Shown here: positions 29,771-43,548 of the stretch, piece after piece
How positions within the stretch are numbered: position 1 is the stretch's first letter
Layout: each line of letters begins with the position of its first letter
Assembly: GCA_964035545.1 (NCBI GenBank)
Contig: OZ037772.1
Coordinates: forward strand, 10,414,818 to 10,478,817
From: Bugula neritina
Taxonomy: Eukaryota > Animalia > Bryozoa
Direction of reading: 5' to 3'
Length of the DNA: 64,000 bases
Made by a program: the position numbers and the translations under genes
The notes under the pieces: model-generated
What the model saw: only the letters and a program-made list of their open reading frames with translations
Databases searched by the model: none
Told to the model about the DNA's origin: nothing

Positions 29771-32700
29771 TCAGATCTCTTTAATCTCTCTTTTTCTTGA
29801 GCGCTCCAGAAATAAAAAGCTTATCGATGTTTATGAACGGCGCTTCAAAGAGAAGAGAGAAGACGAATGCCACGGCGTAGGCACAAACCAGGAACTTGAT
29901 GAACGTGTACGCCTAAAATGAGAATACAACTCCCAAGTCACAAACATCGCATTCAACATAGAAAACTATTAGGACTACACAGCTTAAAGTTTGTAATAAA
30001 TCTATTGAACATTACAAAAGTATACTAGCTTATTCACACACGATGTTTTTGGTTCGTTGGGTCCGACGAATGCCCAACTAACAATCATCGCACCTCTTTG
30101 TCGCGCCAGCTGCAATAGTAGTGTATAGTTGCTTAGCAACAGTGCTTTTACTAGTAAAGTTGTGACTAGTTAAATTTAGCGATAACTAAGTAAAAATTTT
30201 GCGTTAATAAAATAATTATAATCAAATATGAAACATTTAAATTATGACAAATTTATTAGCTAAACAAAAGCTAAAGATTTAGTAGATTTATGTTTAACAA
30301 CAGTTGGACTGTGAAAAGGAAATGAAAATGACACGTAAAACTGCAATGCCCTGGTCGTGCTTTTATATCAAACTTAAACTGATTACTTATTTTTTTCGTA
30401 GCCTTTCATTACTCATTCTACTTATATTTTTTATTGTTGCAAAATAAAAAATTAAAATGACCTGTTTTATAGTAGTTTTTCGTTGAAAGAACTATAGCTA
30501 AGATGTTTCAGCTGGAACAATTATAAAATAAAATAGAAGTTGGTAGTGTCTACTTTAGGTGAAATGATTCAGTTGCATCAGTTTCAATTTAACTACATTT
30601 TAACTTTTTTTCAAGTCACTGCTACTCATTGTGCACATCCACTCAATTGCTTACGTGCATCTTTGTATTCAGGAGCACAAAGAGCATGCAGCTGGTCAAG
30701 TTATGATAATTTCTATAAAAAACGTACTTCCGTCATGAAAACTGCTTGAAATAATTTCAAGATGCTGCTGACTAGCACAATAATATGCTTCCTACAAATT
30801 TGCTTATTTTAATTAATTAATATTTATTATTATTAATATTACTAAAATATTGATTATTTAATTTAGTTACAATGTCGCAATGTTTGCCATGTAAATTATG
30901 CCCGCGCTTTTTGCTTTTTGAAATAAGCCAATGGAGTGCAATCAGAAAAAGTTCGTCAGCTGAAACCTAGCTGGGTCAGGTTCCAACGAAACTGTGAAAA
31001 GTCGATCACGTGATTCAAAACGAACAAACTTTTCTGCTGCCGGACCAATCAAAGAACGCTAATTTGGCGCAATTGACGCAATTGTCCGATCACGTGATCC
31101 AAAACTAACAAAATTTGTATTCGTCGTGCCATTTTGGTCCGCTATTCGTCCAATTCGTTAATCGTGTGAATAAGCTATTACTAATGGCACTCTATCTGGT
31201 AAAACTATCCAATCATGAGGAGGTTATAACATTGGAATAGACATAAAAGCTGCATTCTATTTATTAATATGTACCAAGGAGAAAAGAATAAAGCTATGCA
31301 TACTTACAAACACTATGTAGCTGAGTTTAAAAAGAGTAAGATTGGAGAAAGTGAGGAAAATCATCACCACCGGGTGCACTAGGTAAGCACAGTAGGTCAT
31401 CCGACTGAGGGGTATGAACCCGCGCCAGGACAGGAACTCGTTTACCCAACCTAAATAATTGAATCATGCGACAGGAAGTGAGATCCAGCGAAACAAATGC
31501 AGGTTCCTAGGTGTCCCATATGAGTCATAGTTTGGAACTTGAGCAGTTGTTTCACAAATGATACAGAGTTTCCTAAACATTCTTTGCTACAATGTATCTT
31601 AGCATAATAAAATTGTCTCAGATCACTTTCTAATAGCCAGCAAAACATGGGTTTAAAGGTAAAACAACTGATATGTTGAATAAGGATTAAACATGTAATG
31701 GATTTTCTGCTAAGGTGACTGGCAAATATGAAATGACGCTTTGTACAACTTTTTCTGTCAGAGTGAAACATGTCACATGGTGTCTGCTCACACCTCCCCT
31801 ACTAGAGTGACAGGCAAGTATAAATGACACATGCCACAAGGTGCTAATTGTTACCTCCCCTACTAGAGTGACAGGCAAGTAGAAATGACACATGCCACAA
31901 GGTGCTAATTGTTACTTCCCCTACTTGAGTTACAGGCAAGTATAAATGACACATGCCACAAGGTGCTAATTGTTACCTCCCCTATTAGAGTGGCAGGCAA
32001 ATACAAAATGACACATGCCACAAGGTGCTTGCTTTCACCTCCTCTGCCGGAGTGACAGGCAAGTATGAAATGACACATGCCACAAGGTGCTTGCTCTTAC
32101 CTCCTCTGCCGGAGTGACAGGCAAGTATGAAATGACACATGTCACAAGGTGCTTGCTCTTACCTCCTCTGCCAGAGTGACAGGCAAGTATCAAGTACCCC
32201 AGACCGATACTCCACGCGGTTCTGGTGAGAGAGTTGTACGTGACACTCTCGGCTACCGACATCGGGTGATGATCAGCCTCCAGGTTGAAAGGTCCGTACA
32301 GAGTCAGCAGACAAAGGGCAGCACTAACCACCCAGAGCAGCAGGTTCACAACCTTGAGGAGTATGAAGATAACTCTAGCAATATGAATACATACATGGCA
32401 CAATCAGGTGACAGCACAAGACTCTTTTACTTTATCTACTAAATCTCTAGACCATAACAAGGATATGCATATAACTATAGCAACATGACACAATTACTGA
32501 TAGGGAGCACCCGTGGCCTAGAAGTTAGAGAGTTTGCCTAGTAAGCACGAGGTCATGGGTTCGAACCCGGACAAAGGCCATTGGTGATGTTAGGAAAAGT
32601 ATCCAGTCATAATTGCTCCTGTGCCTCATCTGAATAAGTATTTAGCCCGATTTAACAAAAACCATTTCCATCAGGGGTTTTCTCACAGGGATGATGACTA

Positions 32701-35700
32701 TAAACTTGCGTGAGTGAGTTTTATAGCAATGTGACACAATTAGGTATCACAAAACCATTATAAAACTGACTAGACATGTAAAACTGAAAAGTTTTAGTTT
32801 ATATGATATATTTGGAGTGAGCAGCTTAAAACTTAACTACAACTTCAAATGACTTGGCACTCCATAACAGTCTCAATGGCTATGACAGTATTTCTGGTTA
32901 AATTGAAATTACATCATGACGCAATAAAGCCAATACATATACTATTGCATTTTCTGTAGAGCAAGTATAGCTAGATATTACCAGGATGGTACTTATTTCG
33001 AAGCAGGTTAGCAATCATTGTTATTTATATATTTTCTTTTTATAAAACACTATCTTAGCAAAATAGACAAGTGTCAACATAATATTTAGTAATACAATTT
33101 TCTGAGTAGCAGATGACATTGAAATCTCGACTCCATGACATGCTAAGAAGTTCCTTATCTGTTTGCGGGAAGTAGCCATAGGAAGCAGATGGCATTGCCC
33201 ATGCAAGTCTTGATCTATTGAGGTTCTTTTATTTGGAGTGGGGGTTTAGTGGAGCCCCTAACACCACACCTGAGAACCCAAACTACTGCACTCATTCACC
33301 CCCAACTCGGAGCTGCTTATAGAACAGTTCACTGGACTCCAATTACTTATATCACTTTTTATAACAAACCAACCTATGACAGCTATGGGAGGGTTTAATA
33401 GCCTTACCCAGTGATAAGAGAGTTTTCCGTTAGTTTTCCATAGAATGTAACCATAGATAATTCCAACTCCGTATGACTGATATCTACACCAAGGGGCAAC
33501 GTAGTAGTCCACAAACCAATGGTCACTCATCAACTTAGTGGGACTAAAACAGGAAACAGAAATGTGGGCGGGGCTGATAATATAGTGCCAAAGCAAGCAA
33601 GCTTTTGCATTACTATTTTATTAACTTATATTAAGATAAATAACTTTAGGAATAAAGTAGTAAATTTATTGGCAAATAGATGGAGGTTATCTAACTGTTG
33701 TCGAATACAAAACCTGTATTACTAACTGTTGACTGGTTCCACAGCAACAGGAGCAGAGAACATATCAAGGCGCAGGTAAACTTGCTATGAAATGCGCAAG
33801 CAAAAATAAAATAATTTTAATTTCTAAACCAAAGTTACATATTTAAAAAATTAATGTGAGAAAAACAAGCTAAAATTTGCAACAAAACCCAGAAAATCGA
33901 GATATGAAGGGGAAATAACTCCATATGCCTCTATTTCTTAATTTTGAAAATTAACATTCCGAACTGGGCTTAAATTCAGTTAAAAACACTATTTTAAAAT
34001 AAACGGTTTGAACAAGTGTATTAAGTTATTTTACACATTCTGGAAGAATATGATTTAAAAGTTTTCAATCGTAAAGGAAGTTATAGGATTTGGGAATTTT
34101 ATTCCATTAAAAGTTTTTAAAAAGACTAGGGCTAGCCTTAGTAATGAACTGATGTACACGTTTGAGAGGGGGACGTAATAGAGAACACCCTGTTATTAAA
34201 TACTCACTCCCCTGTTTGACCTTTGCTCATCAAGGCTATATTAAGGTCATATTTGTAACTGATCACCATAGCAGATATGCAGCTCGTTACTACACACACA
34301 ATGTTGAATATGAACCCGCCAGTGTTGTACCTGCAGCATAAAACATTGAACACATTATCTCAATAATAGCATATGTAAAAACTGCATAAAATGCTGTTGG
34401 CTAATTTCCCATAAGTCAGTTAAAAAACCACCAGTTTCGATCTTGCTTTGTCATCCAGTAGTGTGGGACAAGGTAATAACCAATCAATGAAGCCGAACAT
34501 GGCTCTCAGCCAATCAGCTGCAGTCTAACTGATATCAATAAACTATTAGCAAATCTCAAATGAATATTTAACAACTTCAATACCGTATGACGTATGTAAA
34601 AATGAGATGAAAAACTGAAAGAAATTAAAGCTACAATTGGGAATTGCAATACACTGACAACTGCTATGTTAGTTCAAGTACGACTATACACAAAATATTC
34701 TAAGACCTAGAGTGTGTTTGATGTCTGGTGCAATAAAAAACTATATGAGGTGCACAACAATGCATTTTAAAGAATAGATCTTACCTTTATCTGAGAATAA
34801 CTCACCTGTATATTAAAAAACTCACCTGTTTATTATAATATCTCACCTGTATATATAATAGAATAACTTACCTGTATATCAAGTAAATGAAGAATGGGGC
34901 AACAATAAAGAACTGGAAGTCATTGGCTAGAAACCAAGTCCACACAGCACACTGTAACATGACATATATAATAGTATAATGTGTTAGTAATGCCATTATA
35001 CCACCACATAAATAGGACAGATATAGCTATAAGCATATCAAAATATATAGAGAAGACGATTCTAAGCAACCAATTGAATGATGACATCACGGAATTCTGA
35101 CAGGAAGTGAAACACGCCTACCTGACTTTCGGGGTGGTAGATGTTGTTGATGTAGACTAGGGGGGCCCAGGAGTTGTTGACGCAGTTGGGGTCGATGACA
35201 GGGAGGGTGAGCCACAAGGGTCCTGAGACTAGGTTGTATATGCCGTATGTGTAGAGTAGCAGCATGAATCCTAGTGTCGGGGTGAGTCTACAATATATAC
35301 ATATATACATACGTGTGTGTGTGTGAGTGTGTGTGTGTGTGTGTGTGAGTGTTTGTGTGCGTGTGTGTGTATGTGTGTATTGTGTGAGTGTGTGTGTGTG
35401 TGCGCGAGTGTGTGTGCGCGAGTGTGTGTGCGTGTGTGTGTGTGTGTGTGCGCGAGTGTGTGTGCGTGTGTGAGTGTATTACCTGATGTAGCGGTGGAGA
35501 TACATGATTGGAACGGTAAACAGGAAGTCTTTCAGGCCGATGTTACGTCTGCTAAATTCTTTCAAAGTCAGCAGCGAGGTGAGAAGCCCGCTGACGAGAA
35601 AGAAGGAGTCGACGGAGACGGTGGCATTTATTATCACTTGGAAGGAGAAATCCCCGAGCCAGCTCATAATCACTGAGGGTGTGGCTAAGAGAACAACATG

Positions 35701-38700
35701 GAGGTCATACAATCACGGTGTATCCAGAGCTTCACATGAATGGATGCTCTTATAGATGAATTTGTGGTTGCGGGTTGCATGAAGTTATGGCTGTGGTTTT
35801 TTTGATGCAACTATTTTCAAACATTGAATAACCAGTCCATTACCATAATGTCAGCTTGAAAAGTAGTGTAAAAGTTCGTATTTTCAGAAAAATACAATTG
35901 CAAGTATATCTTTTTTATAGAACAAATATTTTCTGGAATATGTTATAATAAATTATTAACCGAGTGTCACAAGATATCTGCACTTAATCAGGACAAACAG
36001 ATGGACTTTGTACTGCGAGTAACTGAAGAGGCTGTTGTTTATATATATTTATATTTAAATGGAAGACAGATGTTAGAAACTGGGACATGATATTCTAACT
36101 GAAGTTAATGCATATATTGCATACAGATCAGAATGCAAGGTAGCAGCACTGGTCTAGGGGTTAGAGCTTTTGCTTAGTAAACATGAAGTCACAGGCTGTT
36201 TATATATATTTATATTTAAATAAAAGACAGATGTTAGAAACTGGGACATGACATTGCCAAAGCCATGATATTCTAACTAAAGTTATTACATAATATATTG
36301 CATACAGATCAGAATGCAAGGGAGCAGCTGTGGTCTAGGCCCTAGGGGTTAGAGCATTTGCTTAGTAAACAAGAGGTCATGGGTTCTAATCCCAGACAGT
36401 TTAAACCCCCCTTCTCTCCCTCCCCCCTCCCCAACAAAGGCCATTGGTGATGTTAGGAAGAACATCCAGCCATAATTGCCCCTATGCCCTATCTTAATAA
36501 GTCCTTAGCTTGATTGAACAAAAAAACCATTATTATGGTTTCTCACAGGGATGGTGATTATATACTATCATGAGTGCATCTCAGTTACTCTTGAACCATA
36601 AATGCATCATTCAAGAAAAACCCACTAAACATGGGCTTTTGAAAAAGGCGTGAGTTTTATACAAAACAGAATGCAAGAGCACACAACTACTTTTATATAA
36701 ATAGCCTATGGACCTACCCATGCCCTGCATAGAGAAGATGAGGGAGTGGCCGAGGATGACCCACGACAGACTGAGGAATCTGATGCCATGCAGACAGCTG
36801 ACGGTGCCTGCAGGCTGACTCGGAGTTAGCAACTTGTACCCGTTTGTGTAACAGGAAAAGCTTAGCCATAGCCTTCTCATTGTCAGACCACACGACTCCC
36901 CCGACGTGACTAGAGAGAGAATACGGAGAGAACTGAAGCAATAAACAAAAAAATAAAGATTGAGAACACAAATTCTAGGCAAAGGAAATGTTGTTAGTCT
37001 TGGCTCTATACAGCATCTATAGCCTGTGAACTCAGCAGAAATAAAGTTAGTAGATATACAATTACGACTTTATTATACACAATTTTTTACAACTTTTCAT
37101 GATTTTATGAGCAACAGATAACATAATTTCTAAACTTTCAACAACAAAATTATCTAAAAGAAATCTGTTAGCCAGAAACATTTATATTAAAAAACATGTA
37201 TGTCATGTGTTTAGCCAGAATGGACAATGAATAGCAGGTGGTTGCAGGTCGTAAAGAGCAAGAAGCATGAAACTACATTCATTTAGAATTAAAACAAACT
37301 TTGGGTGTCAATAATTTTGGTAAAAAATTCGCAGAAAACTTAGTATAATAGAACTATTCAATATCTAAAACCCTCCAAAAAGTCATGTGACTACAGCCAC
37401 ATCTAAGTATTTTACCTACAACTTTTATCAAAAATCTATAAAATAAACAAACAAAAGCCTGCCACAAACGAATGGTTCTATAAGCAGCTTCGAGTTGAGG
37501 GTGACTGACTGCTGTAGTTCAATAAAGCCCAACTCTAAACTCTAGAGCCCCAAACTACTGCACTCAGTGACCTTCACCTCGGAGCTGCTTATAGAGCCAT
37601 TCGTCACAAAAACTACCTACATACCTACAATTTAACATCTAAAACCTTCTAATAAGTAATGTTACTAATGCCAGACAGCTGGGATGTATTTTACCTCCCT
37701 TTTGTATAAAACATAATATATAAAATAAACAAACAAAAAGATCATCAAAATCTTCTGCACACAGCCACATACCTGGTGCATATACAACGGGTTTACCATC
37801 AACGCTCTCTTCGTCACCAGCTAGGTGATCATTGTGAATAAGATTAGCATCATCTGCTGTAGAGGTCGAGTGATTCTGGATATTCCCGTTAGTGAGCAGG
37901 TGGGGAGGTACTGCTAGCCTGTGAATCTTATAGTAGACGAGGGTGTCATGTATTGCGTAGTCGTAGACACCGGCTGAGAGGGAAATCAGGGCTATTAGAC
38001 AGACGAGGAAACTGTAAGAGAGAAAAGTGACTTGAGAAAAGTTTATCCTATCTATTTAGTCTAGACTTAAGTAGATAGTATAGTATCTGCATGCACACGC
38101 ACACACATATGTGAACACACGCATATATATATCCTAGCATATCATATGGGTTCAACCCAAAATTTTAAAAATTGTGCTGGTACAAACTTATGTATCTAAC
38201 CACAAAAACAAATTAGCTCATTCAATAACAGAAGTATCAAATTACTATGATGTAAGCCATCAGTTTACGGAGTGGCTACAATACACACATGTATCTCATA
38301 TATATATTGGTATTATCTGTAAACAAGTGATGGTATGTGGCTGTTGTAGTTAATTGATATCATTTGTTATTTGTTATCACTTAACATGGCACCTTTCCAA
38401 ATCAATTGAATGTTTGAATGTTCATATCTATGACATAGTAGTTTGTGCTGAGATATCACTTAGTCTAGTAACTAGTGTATAGTATAATATAGTATAGTTT
38501 AGTTAACTAGTGTATAGTATAATACATATCAAATACTTCATGGCTATATACAACATGCATGATATTCTATACTACTGCAGCATCCCAATAGTTTAAATTA
38601 TTACTTAACATATGTAATACAGATAATAGACTAATTTGACTAGAAAACTTGTGATTATACCTTGGTTAAAACTAATTCACAAAAGAACTTTCACAATTCT

Positions 38701-41686
38701 CCTTTTAGAAGTACAACAAAAGATCAAAGAGAAATGCCAAAATAGTGTGCTGTGTTATATAATATATATAACAAGCACAACACTCTCTCTGCACATTTCA
38801 CTGTATTCACATCTCTCTCTATGATAATGTAATAGACAATTTCTATTGGAGGTAGGTGCAGTAACAGAAAAATTGAGAAAAGCCTGTGTTCTAGATTAGA
38901 AATGTAGCAAAAGAAGTTATGTTGTTCTCGCAACGATTTCAACCCAAACCCCAAACCAAAATTTAACGAACTAAGGCTATCTCCACTGCTGCTCCTAAAT
39001 GTTCTATTGCTATTGTAGACTCACTATGCAAATATGGTAAGAGGTCTGAATTCTTTCTCCCCAGGGAGAGGCTGGCAGGCAACCGAGGTCTGGTCGAGAG
39101 AGTCTGGGGATAAGTACTGGAGGAACGTGTTGTAGAACACAATGGCGTCATGTTCGTCACATCCACTTGGTATGCACATGCCCAGTTGATAGGCGATGCT
39201 AATGTTCTACAATGCCAAGGTCATACTAAATACCCGTGGCTATATTACACACAGTTACTATGACAGAAGTGCACACAGTTACTCACACAAGTTGATAGTC
39301 GAAATCCCTGTGAGAAAACGCAAGATAGAATTTTTTTTCTTAAATTGAGTTAAGGACTTATTTAAATGAGGCACAGGAGCAATTATGACTGGATGCTCTT
39401 CCTAACATCACCAATGGCCTTTGTCAGAGTTTGAATCCATGACTTGGTGCTTATTAGGCAAAAGCTCTAACCCTCAGACCACCTGCTCCCTATAGCACAC
39501 ATAGTTACTATGACTATAAACAAATAGTCACTAGGCCTTCAAAATGTAAACTTTTAATATTTTGAGAGCAGCTGTGGTTTAGTAAACATGGCGCTAGTGG
39601 TTTGACCCCCAGTGAAGGCCATTAGAAAAGTTGGGAAAGGCATTCAGTTATAATTGTTCCTGTGTCACAACAAATAAAAAGGATTTAAACTCTCTTCAAT
39701 TTCCCTCCTATTAAGGGTTCCGACAGAGATGGTGACAATAAACCAACATGGGTTTTGTTGTTAATCTGGTTGAAGAAGTGAACAATTTAGTAATTTATCC
39801 AGATATACGTGACAGAAACAACAAGCATGGTTTCATTAGTCAGGTTATGCTGAATGTTGGCTAGAAATACTAATAAAAAAAGATGTTTCCCAGTATATAA
39901 ATTTCACAGTTGCCAGCATTTTTGTACATACTATAAAATATAACAGCCAGCTGGCAAACGACATTAGACCATCATGACCTATTTATTTATGTTTCAAAAT
40001 CATAACGGCATCAACTATCCAGTCTACTGATGGAGGATTTAACCTCGCCTATTTGCGACACGCAAAAATGTCTCATAGTAAACCTACAAAAATCTCATAA
40101 TATACTGGAGCTACAAAATTTTCTCATCACCCAATTTTTATCAAGGTCAAAACACAGGCAGCCAACGCTGCCAAAACTCAAATCACCTTGTAAACACTGA
40201 AAGTTGAAAAGGAATTTGCAGCTGCAGTTGAATTTAGAAATCTGATGCGACCTTAAAATAGACTTAGTACCTGTCCATCATTGACTGCCATGCTAGGGTG
40301 TATTCCCGAGCAGTACCTCCCCTGATAGAGCATCATACCCGGGTCATCGTTCTCTCCGTATGTGGATCTGATGGCGACGCATTCCTGGTAGTCACCGACC
40401 CAGTTGAGTATCCCGGTGAAAAATCCGGTCGGTGGCTTTCCCCAAGCATCCAACACTTTAATAGAAAAATGTGTAAGAATAAGGTAGAATATGGGGTAAG
40501 AATAAGGTAAAATAATGTAGAATATGGTGCAAGAATAAGGTAAAATAATGTAGAATATGGTGCAAGAATAAGGTAGAAAAATGCAGAAAAAGGTAGAATA
40601 TGGTGTAAGAATAATGTAGAATATGGTGTAAGAATAATGTAGAATATGGTGTAAGAATAATGTAGAATATGGTGTAGGAATAAGGTGAAATATGGTGTAA
40701 GAATAAGGTAGAATATGGTGTAAGAATAATGTAGAATATGGTGCAAGAATAAGGTAAAATAATGTAGAATGTGATGTAAGAGTAGGTAAAACAACATAAA
40801 ATATGGTGTGTAAGAATAAGGTGAAATAGTGCAGAATATGGTGAAAGAATAGCAGATAACAAAGTAAAAAAAGATCAACTTTTTGATCATAGCTTACAGC
40901 TCTAAAAATGCCTCACATATCTAAAAAGTAGCCGATGGTGCATAACGTGCTAAGTTGAAATAGCTAAAAAACACTATATTCTAAAGAACTAAGCCTAAAG
41001 ATTTATACTGAAATAAATATAATCCAGGATTACATAGTAAGGAAGTGAGGATGTAGTGTTATACTATAGATTAGATAGTTTAGAGGAAAATTCTGGAAGT
41101 TAAGCTTGGGAATACAAATAATTGGTTAATATTGCAGTTTCGATGGACATATGAAGTAGATTTTAGTTTCCAATCTCAACGTTAAAGCTACCCTGAACTG
41201 TAACATGGCCACCCAGTCATGGGAAGTTTATATTGCAAATAGTTTCACTAAATATCAAATAAATACAAATAAATATGCCAACTCACTTTGCAATGCCCAC
41301 ATGGATCCATCGGACACCCCATTGAGTAGGTGCAAGGTTTGGTTACCACACATGTTTGATAAATTCAAGTCGTTGGGCACAGACTTGTTTGATTCCAGAC
41401 GATCTTTCGTCTGCCTTGACTTTGCATTTGCGTTTAAATACTTTGCACCGGCCAGTAGAATTTCTTCTAAGTGGTTTCGTGCCTCGGCTGCAGCTAGGAG
41501 CTTCTTCACAGCAGGGGTTTGGCCATTATTACTTTCGCCATAAAAGAGCGATGCTTGCTGGGCAAAGAACCTAGCAGCTTTATCTGGTCGTAAAGTGAAC
41601 ATTGATTGACTTTGACTGGATGAATTGACTCTTACAACTAAACAGCATATCAGACTCAGTGTGAAAATCAAATACGTCTTCGTCAT
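29771..41686 (-). CDS. nrf-6: Nose resistant to fluoxetine protein 6-like (NRF domain + acyltransferase-3 multi-pass membrane protein)
   Basis: Thirteen coding exons: 41686-41287 (signal..WALQ), 40455-40271 (MLDAWGKPPTG..WVGDYQEC), 39206-39025 (LGMCIPSGC), 38011-37773, 36909-36718 (CLHGIRFLSLSWVILGH), 35684-35483 (SVDSFFLVSGLL..HRYIR), 35287-35122, 34951-34872 (WTWFLANDFQF), 34330-34208, 33543-33408 (YVAPWCR), 32352-32163, 31450-31308 (FLSW..PLSRMTYCAYLVHP) and 29912-29771 (FEAPF..TGA). Confidence 0.92.
30028..31175. mobile_element. Non-autonomous DNA transposon (about 1.15 kb) in the last nrf-6 intron
   Basis: TIRs GCTTATTCACAC(AC)GAT ... ATCGTGTGAATAAGC flanked by TA. CpG-rich subterminal direct repeats (gatcacgtgat..aaaac.aacaaa x2). 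No transposase ORF. Confidence 0.65.
31715..32190 (-). repeat. About 61-62 bp tandem repeat formed from an nrf-6 exon end plus its splice donor
   Basis: Donor-like positions recur at 32161, 32099, 32037, 31975, 31914, 31853 and 31792, decaying away from the exon. Confidence 0.9.
32503..32722 (+). mobile_element. tRNA-derived SINE (best-preserved copy)
   Basis: A-box-like TGGCCTAGAAG and B-box GGTTCGAACCC, followed by a non-tRNA body (ggccattggtgatgttaggaa..atccagtcataattgctcctgtgcc) that recurs at least six times in the window. Confidence 0.85.
35313..35478. repeat. (GT)n compound microsatellite filling most of a short nrf-6 intron
   Basis: Read directly from the sequence. Confidence 0.95.
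36320..36575 (+). mobile_element. tRNA-derived SINE copy; its 5' part and upstream flank are tandemly duplicated at about 36030-36195
   Basis: gggagcagctgtggtctagg..ggttctaatccc..ggccattggtgatgttaggaagaacatccagccataattg. The flank gacagatgttagaaactgggacatga occurs twice. Confidence 0.8.
37468..37604. mobile_element. Palindromic 137-bp MITE with a 5-bp target-site duplication (CACAA)
   Basis: TIRs ACGAATGGTTCTATAAGCAGCT.CGAG / CTCGGAGCTGCTTATAGAGCCATTCGT. CACAA at 37463-37467 and 37605-37609. A partial second copy lies at about 33240-33332. Confidence 0.8.
38853..38997 (-). mobile_element. Short MITE family (TIR about TAGGTGCAGTA), copy 2
   Basis: taggtgcagtaa ... ctgctgctccta; the internal sequence matches 56220-56379 in reverse. 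Confidence 0.7.
39300..39490 (-). mobile_element. tRNA-derived SINE copy; a further degenerate + copy lies at about 39565-39670
   Basis: gaggcacaggagcaattatgactggatgctcttcctaacatcaccaatggccttt..ctgctccc. Confidence 0.8.
40462..40850. repeat. About 23-bp minisatellite (agaataa(g/t)gtagaatatggtgta)n adjoining the nrf-6 exon 2 acceptor
   Basis: More than 12 degenerate units; these explain the ORFs 40333-40890 and 40458-40862. Confidence 0.85.
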
Positions 41687-42959
41687 TGTAATTGTGAGAG
41701 CAAATCCAAAGTTCAGTTGTAATCATAAATCTAAAAGAAAATATATGAATACAATAAAAATTGAAAAGCAATAGGGTAATAGCATCATATATTCCTGTAA
41801 TTGATGAGAGAAAAGAGTTAGTGCTGTATAACTTTTACAAGTTGGGGGATTAAGTGGCCATAGAAACTTTCTTAGCAAAAAGTAACATGTAACAGTAATG
41901 CCAGAAAATATTACCATGGTATTAGTATAACAGATGTAGCTTTACTTTGCTCAAAATTGCAATAAAGTTGATTTAGTGCATAGCATGCAAAGTTTTACTT
42001 AGTAGCTGAAGTTACTAACAATATAGCATTGTTAACTAAAAGATGTATTTTGAAAAATAGAGCTGCAAGTACAGTATGTTAAATATCAAATAATTATAAT
42101 GAACATTCAAAACTAGAGTTAGGCCTTTAGCTATTGATAGTTGATACAGTTAATTAATAACATAAAAATGAAAATGAACATTTGCTTTAGACTAAGAGTA
42201 AGTAATATCAAGTAATCATGCTCTATAAAAATCAATATAATCACAAACTCAAAACGTGCCTATACGTTAACTTAAACTTATACTACAACTTGAACTATTA
42301 GTACTACTATTATTATTAATTTATATCATTAATAATTATAATTAATATTATTATTAATAATTATTATTACTAATAGTAATAGTAATAATATTATGATTAT
42401 CATCACCATGATGAATATGATGGATTTGAAATGATCATGCCTACTCAATCTTATGATCATCAACATCAACATGTCCATGATGGTGATCATGGTGATTCAA
42501 ATTGATATTGGTGCTTGTAGTTGTTATGCTGCTATTACTATGACTAAGTGACTATGTTATGCTATGCTATGGTAACCGTAATCAGTAATGGTGATCATAA
42601 TCATTAATGATAATTATAATCATAATGATAAATGATAATCATCAATTTTGTAAGTAATATAAATCCGTAAATTATTAAATGAAAATCTAAATCAATATCC
42701 TAATCTAAATCATTATCATAAGACACAATGATAATCATAATCACTTTACCATAATCACTTTATCATAATGATCATCATAACGATAATCATAATCACTATA
42801 TCATAATGATAATTATAAATAATTGATCGTCATTATGAGTGACTGTAATTTTGATAATATTAATTTTCGATAATATTGAGTGCAAGTATCAGTATGAACT
42901 ATGAACACTATAAAAATAATTATAATCATTACTAAACAGTAAACTACACAAATGCAACT

Positions 42960-43350
42960 TCTTTTTGCACAATGATCCTCATCATTTCATTGCGGATCCG
43001 CGGGAGAAACCTTGGCCTTGCCCATGGTCATAACAACTAGTTGAGAAGGTCATAATACATAACACAAAAAAGCTCTTCCCCAAGTCTGAAAAACGTTGTG
43101 TGGTCGTCCGTAATGTTGGTTCTCTAGCTAACAATAAAAACACGGCGGATGTTGTGAATTGTTAGGCAACATGGAGTGAGCTACAATCCCAAGGCGTTTG
43201 TGAATTGAAATAGATAGGTTTTCTTTTTTGTTGTTTTTAGGCATCGATATTTGATCATTTTTGCTAGCACTAGCTCCGTATACGTAAGTTTTAAAAATGA
43301 GATCAGTTGGATTTTCATTCCAGCGTAGAAGTTGACAATTTGCCTAGCCC
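42960..43350. promoter_or_regulatory. Candidate bidirectional promoter / 5' UTR exons for nrf-6 (-) and ATAT1 (+)
   Basis: The only CpG-containing complex island between two divergent genes, flanked on both sides by low-complexity tracts. There is a plus-strand donor-like tac|gtaagt at about 43283, and both first coding exons are preceded by acceptor-like sites. Confidence 0.4.
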
Positions 43351-43548
43351 AAGGAGACGGATAATGATAATCATACTGATACTGATACTCATACTGATAG
43401 TCATACTCATACTCATAGTGATAGTCACAGTGATACGACAGTGATAGTGACACTCGGACTGAGACTCATACTCATAGTGATAGACTTAAAGTCATAGTGA
43501 TAGTGATAGTGATACTTATAGTCACAGTGATAGTCATACACTCACAGT

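Noticed and set aside
31715-32190. CRISPR-like appearance of regularly spaced repeats (also 61805-62027)
   Set aside because: No unique spacers, eukaryotic intron context and no cas genes; these are tandem minisatellites.
40333-40890. 185-aa and 134-aa hydrophobic ORFs
   Set aside because: They are products of the 23-bp minisatellite in an nrf-6 intron.
21749-41686. Lipase + NRF-6 acyltransferase as a functional lipid-metabolism cluster
   Set aside because: Convergent adjacency only; there is no evidence of co-regulation, and both families are large in invertebrates.
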